Shown: piece by piece, positions 36,403 through 42,673 of the stretch
Numbering within the stretch: position 1 is the stretch's first letter
Layout: each line of letters begins with the position of its first letter
Position numbers and translations under genes: made by a program
Assembly (NCBI GenBank): GCA_002104905.1
Contig: MCFE01000714.1
Span: forward strand, 1-42,673
Direction of reading: 5' to 3'
From: Basidiobolus meristosporus CBS 931.73
Lineage: Eukaryota > Fungi > Basidiobolomycota
DNA length: 42,673 nt
Notes under the pieces: generated by a model
What the model was told of the DNA's origin: nothing
What the model saw: only the letters and a program-made list of their open reading frames with translations
Databases searched by the model: none

Positions 36403-38091
36403 CTATGGTGCAGTAGACAAATATTCGACTCGCACTGTGGCGACGCCTGGGCTTCGTTTTTCCAGCTTCTTCTGGATTTTGGCTAGTGCTTTTTCAAAGA
36501 ACGATCCTTTCGCCAACTGGCTTGACCTGGAGAGGGTTAAAATCAGAGTCTTAGGTTCGTTATCTGCATCGCTGTGGCGGATGTCGACAGTACGAATAAA
36601 GTCCATCTCTAGAGGGCATAATACGATCAAGAAGTTGAGCATTTCCCCAATAAGTCTTGCCCTTTTGATCACCGGCTCCGGGATGACTTGCTGAACTTTC
36701 TTTACTGTAGGGTCTGACAACTCTCCACCATAGCTGCTGGCCAAAATGGTGGCTAGCAGTATCCGTTCGTCGTGGATGAGTCCGGGAAGGTTGCTGAGAA
36801 GGCCACCGGTCAGTGGTAGTCTAAACGCAATGTTTGCTGCGGATTCTTTGGGATATTGCAAAAGGTATCTGGATAGGTATATCGCGCTTTTAATAAGACG
36901 CTCATTGAGACAACGTGCAGCTACGGTTTTGGCAGTCTTCCCCTTGTACGAATCATTCGCCAACGGTTCAAGCACCCTATAGGCCTCGTTCACATCATCA
37001 TCTGTGGGCGGGTTAAACGAGCCTTTGATAAATCCCTTGACTCCGCTGATTACTGGATCAACCATTTGCTCGTCAGGTGACATCAGGTCGAAATAGCTGC
37101 CCTGGCGTACCCCACCTTCCGAGAAATATACGTCCTCAACTTCGTCTAGCACCTCAAGTGCAGCACTTATAAGAACACAGCAAGCAGGTACTTGTTTGGC
37201 TCTTCTTTTGGAGATTCGGAATATATCAAGCTGATCAGCCAGTTCATCTTCATTTGCGAATGAATACTCCTCAACAGTCTTTTTCAAGTCTGCAGCTGAA
37301 ATCCGATATCCATTAATGATTGAGATTGGATAATTGTATTTCACCATCGACATATAGCCCAGAGCTCGGAATCCACCCCCAGAAAGATAGAGTGTCTTGC
37401 GCATGGTCGAGGTGCTATCAGTAGGGACATTAATGCTCTCCAGGGCTTGCCTCATTGCCTCCACAATCTCTTGGTAAATGTTTTTGCGTTCAACTTCGGT
37501 TTGGCACTTGTTCAATCGACGAGCGAGTAAAGCCGCACCATAGGGCAGTGACTGGGCGTTATCACTGCTCACTGGTGGAACACCAGAATGTTTAATGACA
37601 TAGTTGAGTTCCACACTTCCACCGCCCAAATCCATAACAAAGCCATCGACGGTGGTGAAGCTAGACATGATTCCCAAGGCAGTCATTCTCGATTCGCCTT
37701 CCTTGGTTAGGAGTTCCACTTCCCAGCCCGTGGTTTGAGCTATCTTCTCTTGTATGGCTTGCGAGTTGGGAGCAGTGCGTAGTGCCTCGGTGGCGACAAC
37801 CCGCACTCGTCCTACTCCGGCCTGCAGACAGAGCGTCTGAAAACGCTGAAACGTCAGAGTCAGGTCTTCGATGACTTCTGAAGAAATGGAAACTATTTCC
37901 TTTCCCCCGGTTACAGAAAACGCGGTCTCGTCGGAGATTTGGGCATCAAACAAAGAAATTGGCGAGCGTTCTTCATAAATGATGGGCAGGTGTCTGGCCA
38001 ACGAAGAGAAAATACCGAAACGGATTCCATTCGAGCCGACATCTACAATGGCGACGGGCCTTTGTTGTGACAGAGCAGGCGTTTGAGACAT
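36403..38091 (-). CDS. RTG2: Ppx/GppA phosphatase family protein (retrograde regulation protein RTG2-like), intronless, 562 aa
   Basis: ASKHA motifs IVDVGSNGIRF, VVATEALRTAPN, E(G)ESRMTALG, MDLGGGSVEL, SLPYGAALL, YLSGGGFRALGY and FSEGGVRQG. Confidence 0.88.
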   Translation of the reverse strand: MSQTPALSQQRPVAIVDVGSNGIRFGIFSSLARHLPIIYEERSPISLFDAQISDETAFSVTGGKEIVSISSEVIEDLTLTFQRFQTLCLQAGVGRVRVVATEALRTAPNSQAIQEKIAQTTGWEVELLTKEGESRMTALGIMSSFTTVDGFVMDLGGGSVELNYVIKHSGVPPVSSDNAQSLPYGAALLARRLNKCQTEVERKNIYQEIVEAMRQALESINVPTDSTSTMRKTLYLSGGGFRALGYMSMVKYNYPISIINGYRISAADLKKTVEEYSFANEDELADQLDIFRISKRRAKQVPACCVLISAALEVLDEVEDVYFSEGGVRQGSYFDLMSPDEQMVDPVISGVKGFIKGSFNPPTDDDVNEAYRVLEPLANDSYKGKTAKTVAARCLNERLIKSAIYLSRYLLQYPKESAANIAFRLPLTGGLLSNLPGLIHDERILLATILASSYGGELSDPTVKKVQQVIPEPVIKRARLIGEMLNFLIVLCPLEMDFIRTVDIRHSDADNEPKTLILTLSRSSQLAKGSFFEKALAKIQKKLEKRSPGVATVRVEYLSTAP

Positions 38092-39473
38092 GCTTGCAGG
38101 TGGGTATCAACAAGGATATGTCTCAAAATGGGGAATTTTTAAGTATGGAGTTTCATTGATAAGAAATCAGGTATTTCGCATCAAACAGCTCTGAGATATT
38201 GAGGTAGCACGCTGGTGATGGTACTGTTGAGTCAGCTCTGCCGATGACTCACCATTATATACCCAGAATGGTGCGACTACCGGACACATAAATATGTAAT
38301 ATGATGGGGTTGATGTCGAGGATCACGTGACGGCAGTCAATTAAACCACAAAACAAAGCCACATTCGCTCCAACTGAGTTGATACTTGTCTAATGGAATT
38401 GCTGAGTATAAGCCACTGGCACAGGGAGCGGCACTACCAATACCAATGCGTCGAGGTGTCAGTTACCATAGCAAGGAATCAATTAGATGAGTAGCCGTAC
38501 GACACCGGCATACGCTCTGCTGTGTACGGACTGATCACAACACCTGACTGGCGTGTTGCAGATTCCAGTCCATTCCCAAATTGAACGAGATATTCATGGC
38601 GCGTCGATCGTCCCCCACAGTCGTACCTAATCCTATTCTGCTGGCAGCCGGAGGTCTCGGCCACCACAAATACCAAACTCTCGTAGATCGATATGTACCA
38701 GACAATGCCTGGATTCTTACCAATAAAGTTCCAACGTATGAGCTCTGCAGCTATCATTCGAACCCTTATCTAATGCTGGACTAGGCTTAGTAAGGGCTCA
38801 GCTTTGGATGGTGAGACATGGGGCGGGTTATTATTGGCCACATTCTAGACGCCTGCACCGTCCCCTCTATTGGAGTAGGCAGATCGGCTGTGAAGCATGC
38901 ATGCAAAATGCCACAGCATTGCCAGGAAAGCTGAGAATTGCGATGCCTCGGAATCCCAATCGTAGTGGGTTTCAGGCGTACTCTAGGCGCCAGGAAGAGG
39001 CGACTAATCTGTCTGTGATGAGTAAGTCACCGAGAGGCCGGGATCTAGGTTGCTTGGTTTTGCAGCCAGCCCCTATGCTGAATAAGCAGCGATCAGTGTG
39101 CATCGTTGAAACATGCATCGATTCAATACTTACCGTTTCAGATGTCTCATCACTATCATCATGCCATCGCAAGACAAATGCTGTTCTGAATAAACCGCTG
39201 CATACCAATTGCAAACAAATGGCGTCTGTGAGAGCAACTAGAGTGTTTGTTGTAATATCATTTAATCAGTGAAACGCCAAGTTGAGTACTGAAAACGGAG
39301 GAGCAATTAAAGAATATTCTGCTCGTAGATGTCCATGATTAGGTGGGATGTGGAGATCGGACTCTACATTAGGTTGGTTCAAATTATAACGGATATGGGG
39401 AGAATATACATAGTAGCATCAAGAAGAGTATGTTACAGAGGGATGGATGCTCAGCGGTTTGCTACAAGACGCA

Positions 39474-39734
39474 TCAGTGCAACAACTTGTTGGGGGTAAG
39501 GGTAAAGCGGAGAGTGGTGACTTGTTGGTCAAGACAATCAAGCGAAAACCCTTCTTGGATGACATGATCAAAGCTTGGCGATTTCCGCATCACATTTAGA
39601 GCTTCCTCGAGAGCAAACTTCGATTCCTGGTTCTCCGCCAGACTCGATTGCTTGATCCGACGCTCAAACAGATTAAAGCGCTTGCAAATGGACATTGCGA
39701 CCATGGTACTCTTCGATCTGTTGCTCTTGTTCAT
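39474..39734 (-). CDS. Small hypothetical protein, 86 aa
   Basis: ATG at 39734 gives MNKSNRSKSTMVAMSICKRFNLFERRIK...TLRFTLTPNKLLH*. It has protein-like composition and a TATAAAA ~100 bp upstream. No family recognised. Confidence 0.5.
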   Translation of the reverse strand: MNKSNRSKSTMVAMSICKRFNLFERRIKQSSLAENQESKFALEEALNVMRKSPSFDHVIQEGFSLDCLDQQVTTLRFTLTPNKLLH

Positions 39735-39834
39735 AGTGTATGCCGTGAAAGTGGGCTGCTGAGGCTGAGGCTGAGGTTGAGGTTGGAGTGGATAATTGTA
39801 GTGCGCTTTGATATCCAAGGGAATTGAGGCTGAC

Positions 39835-39841
39835 TTTTATA
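39835..39841 (-). promoter_or_regulatory. Putative TATA box (TATAAAA) for the small ORF
   Basis: Consensus TATAAAA on the minus strand, followed by a pyrimidine-rich CTCAAC/CTCAGC-repeat leader and then the ATG. Confidence 0.35.
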
Positions 39842-42423
39842 CATAAGATGGTGCCGCTCACCATCATGTCTTAATCACCAAAAGGGCGGGCCTTAGGCCA
39901 TCTGATGATTCGAACAATGTTTAAGGAACACAAGTTGATCGGTACCGGTAACCAATGAAAGGCATCGTAACTCACTTGACTTCACCCCAATCTACATCTC
40001 TTGGCTTAAGGCAGGACTGAGTTTGTATAGGGAGCTTTTGGAAGTTCTCGGGATGGTTTGATACAGTACGCCAAACAAGTGTTTGGCGTCTTCGCATCGA
40101 CACCAGGATCCCGTCGAGTCTTCTAGCTGTTCATCTGCGAACCTGGAGGTAACCTTATAGCTACCAACTGAGAATGCCAAGTAGAAGGAATTCTACTGAG
40201 TGGGACAACCTACCTTCAATGGTCGGGCCTGCTTATGGCATTTGTTTCAGTTGGCACTATGCCGTGTGGATTGTAGGCCAGTATCACGGTGACATAAACA
40301 GAAATCAACGGAAAAACCTAGGGCTCTGAGCTGCCTGATCCAAGTGCTACTATAGTACTATAGTGCAACGCTGTAAGGAACCTCTTCGTTGACAGGATAC
40401 ATATAAGGTATTGGTGGATTAGGAGGCTAATTAATCAAAGCCCAAAGCGGTCTGTTTATCCACCTGCCAATATATTTGCGCCATATCCAGTACACCCAGG
40501 GAAGCCTAAATAGGCTTATGAACGCTATGCTGTACAGCTCAACAGTCAAGGGTCTATCGACATGGTTAACCGGGCACTGTGTAGATCAGTTTTGTTGGCC
40601 AAAAACTGGCTGACTCTCAAGGATTGTGATGACCAAGTGACAGATATGCACATGATCATCGTACAAAAGGGCTGCCTGGGCTGCTCTCGGAAGAAAAACC
40701 GGCTATATTCAATATACAGGGACTAGTTATTTGAGAAGCGTGATATGCATTAGCTCCTATATTTACACGGCCCTCGAGCTTACCTAGGTGTACGCAATTC
40801 GACCGGCCATCGCAAGCTCTCTAGTTATCAACACAATATGTTTATAGTATACATTGCTTGAGCTGGATCACTTGCAGTGACAGGAATACCTTACAATACA
40901 TCCTATACTCGTGCACTAGTGGAGTATTTGCTTTTATTACTTGTGACGTAATAGCTGTATCTATTCACGTATTTAAGTCACTAAATACCAGAGTTTGACT
41001 TTGCTAGCCGATAACCACGCCAACCTGTTGAGATGTGGCTGGTTTCTTTGTTGCTACTGCTCTCGACTTCACGAGCACTTATTGCACGTCCTAATGGAAT
41101 CATTTCTGGGATATGGGAGGCTATTGGCATTGACATTGGTATTCTCAGAAGCAATTCAAGCTAATGATATTGTATCATTGGAGCGTGCAGTTGCTCGTTT
41201 TGAAACTCAGTGAAACATTGGCATTTTCTGGTGAAATTAACCCTACCATGTACACATGATTCGACGGACTCCAACTCACCTAACCCACTGATAATCCATA
41301 TCATGAAGTACCTGTGATCCGCTGTTTAATTATTCGGTATGTGTTGCAAATGTCCCTTTCATCACCTAACAAACGCCCACCAATCTCTCATTTTACCACT
41401 GCCTTACACAATAAAACTTGTAGATCGATATCCGAATGAAATGCGAAGCCTGCCTCCGTAAATCACAACCCAACATTGGTTTGCTTTAGCTTTGGCATTG
41501 CGGCACAGACTGAAGTAGATACACCCCTTCGTCCTGATTCCCATATATTCAGAGTGTTTACTACTAGGGGGCGTACACCAACGCATTTGCATAGTATAGT
41601 GCCTACAAAAGCAAGAACAAAGTAACTCCACTTCGAGAGCGTAGGGGAAACCTGTATCAGAACTCATTAGCTGAGTAATTAATTTATTCCGCCCGAGATG
41701 TGTCAATGGGCGTAGTTTTTGGCTAGCCTGCAATTGGCCCTTTGGATTTACATGATTTGTGACATACGTTGATCAAAGACAATGGGGTCTAGAACGCTAT
41801 TTTATAACCTCAAAGTCATTTATAATTAATTGATTAATATTGACCTAACCGCAAACCTGCATTATACTGATTTATAGTTGTGTGGAATGAATGCCTATGG
41901 TTTGTGTACAACTGATCATGCATACCAATGCAGATCAATCTCTATGGCATATATACCCTATGAGAAATAATTGTGATAATCCCACCAAAAGGCCGTCACA
42001 AATCAAAGTCCCGTGACTAACAGGTATTGATCCCATCAGGACACTGTGCAAAGACCATTGAAAACTAATTGCACCCCAGATTTCACAAAAAACTTTGTTA
42101 AGATTTTCCATCACAACAATACATAAGTGGCTTTTGATTGGTCCTCTGCCAAATCTCTAACTTTCTGATCCTGGACACTCAACCACCTCCTACATTTTTG
42201 TACATTGATTGGCTATTGCCTCTTTTTCACACTCCTTACTTCCTGCCTGAACCAATTCTCTTACTTTTCATGCATACCAATTGATTTATTTGTGTTGAAA
42301 CTTAGGGGGGGGGAAGACAGTCACCAACAGGTGAAATCTTTATTTCAGTTGAAACAAAGAAGCCAGCACTACTGTTGTAGGTTTGATACTGTTGTAAGAG
42401 TCTTGGAGATATTGGAAGTGATT

Positions 42424-42673
42424 GGGTTAGGGTTAGGGTTAGGGTTAGGGTTAGGGTTAGGGTTAGGGTTAGGGTTAGGGTTAGGGTTAGGGTTAGGGTT
42501 AGGGTTAGGGTTAGGGTTAGGGTTAGGGTTAGGGTTAGGGTTAGGGTTAGGGTTAGGGTTAGGGTTAGGGTTAGGGTTAGGGTTAGGGTTAGGGTTAGGG
42601 TTAGGGTTAGGGTTAGGGTTAGGGTTAGGGTTAGGGTTAGGGTTAGGGTTAGGGTTAGGGTTAGGGTTAGGGT
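42424..42673 (+). repeat. Telomere, perfect (TTAGGG)n, about 41.5 units
   Basis: An uninterrupted G-rich strand runs 5' to 3' to the window end, the orientation of a right chromosome end. One variant unit (TTGGG) lies at the junction. Confidence 0.99.

Noticed and set aside
8197-37000. Numerous 60-170-aa antisense or alternate-frame ORFs over real genes
   Set aside because: They are shadows of the coding strand with no independent homology signal.
7520-38770. tRNA genes at GTTCGA hits (7523, 7980, 8035, 14650, 38757)
   Set aside because: None has a T-stem, an acceptor stem or a cloverleaf.
38808-39272. 154-aa plus-strand ORF
   Set aside because: It has no motif or protein-like pattern and is probably a chance ORF in intergenic DNA.
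29380-42423. Shared 15-mer TTCCAATATCTCCAA between ~29387 (+) and the telomere junction (-)
   Set aside because: The similarity does not extend, and one or two such matches are expected by chance in 42 kb.
1-42673. CRISPR arrays, rRNA, spliceosomal snRNAs, and in-frame UGA selenoprotein or alternative-code signals
   Set aside because: None was seen. All host-gene models translate with the standard code, and the in-frame stops are confined to decayed elements.

Overview
Right-hand end of a fungal chromosome, probably from an early-diverging (non-Dikarya) fungus. That placement is an inference from the many 50-100 nt GT-AG introns, the presence of STK19, RNF181 and ZNHIT3 homologues, and the TTAGGG telomere. 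Bases 1 to ~5760 are a decayed CACTA/EnSpm-like DNA transposon that is almost free of CpG. About 13 protein-coding genes follow: an RNF181-like RING-H2 ligase (not visible in the ORF track), a 1-Cys peroxiredoxin with a one-base frameshift, a CNNM/Mam3 protein, STK19, NTH1, a TPR plus metallo-beta-lactamase fusion, a bacterial-like ADP-ribosylglycohydrolase, a vacuolar membrane protein, ZNHIT3, a Crz1-like C2H2 factor, an MMT-like cation-efflux transporter, a secreted bacterial-like beta-helix protein, an RTG2-like Ppx/GppA protein, and probably one small orphan ORF. The window ends in 250 bp of perfect (TTAGGG)n. The best leads are an unassigned, apparently highly structured ~360-nt RNA-like segment at 7.4-7.8 kb, two intron-containing horizontal-transfer candidates, the peroxiredoxin frameshift on a C_CCG_GGU heptamer, and CpG-specific erasure of the transposon and of the last ~0.4 kb before the telomere. 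All gene models and RNA folds were done by eye and are unverified.
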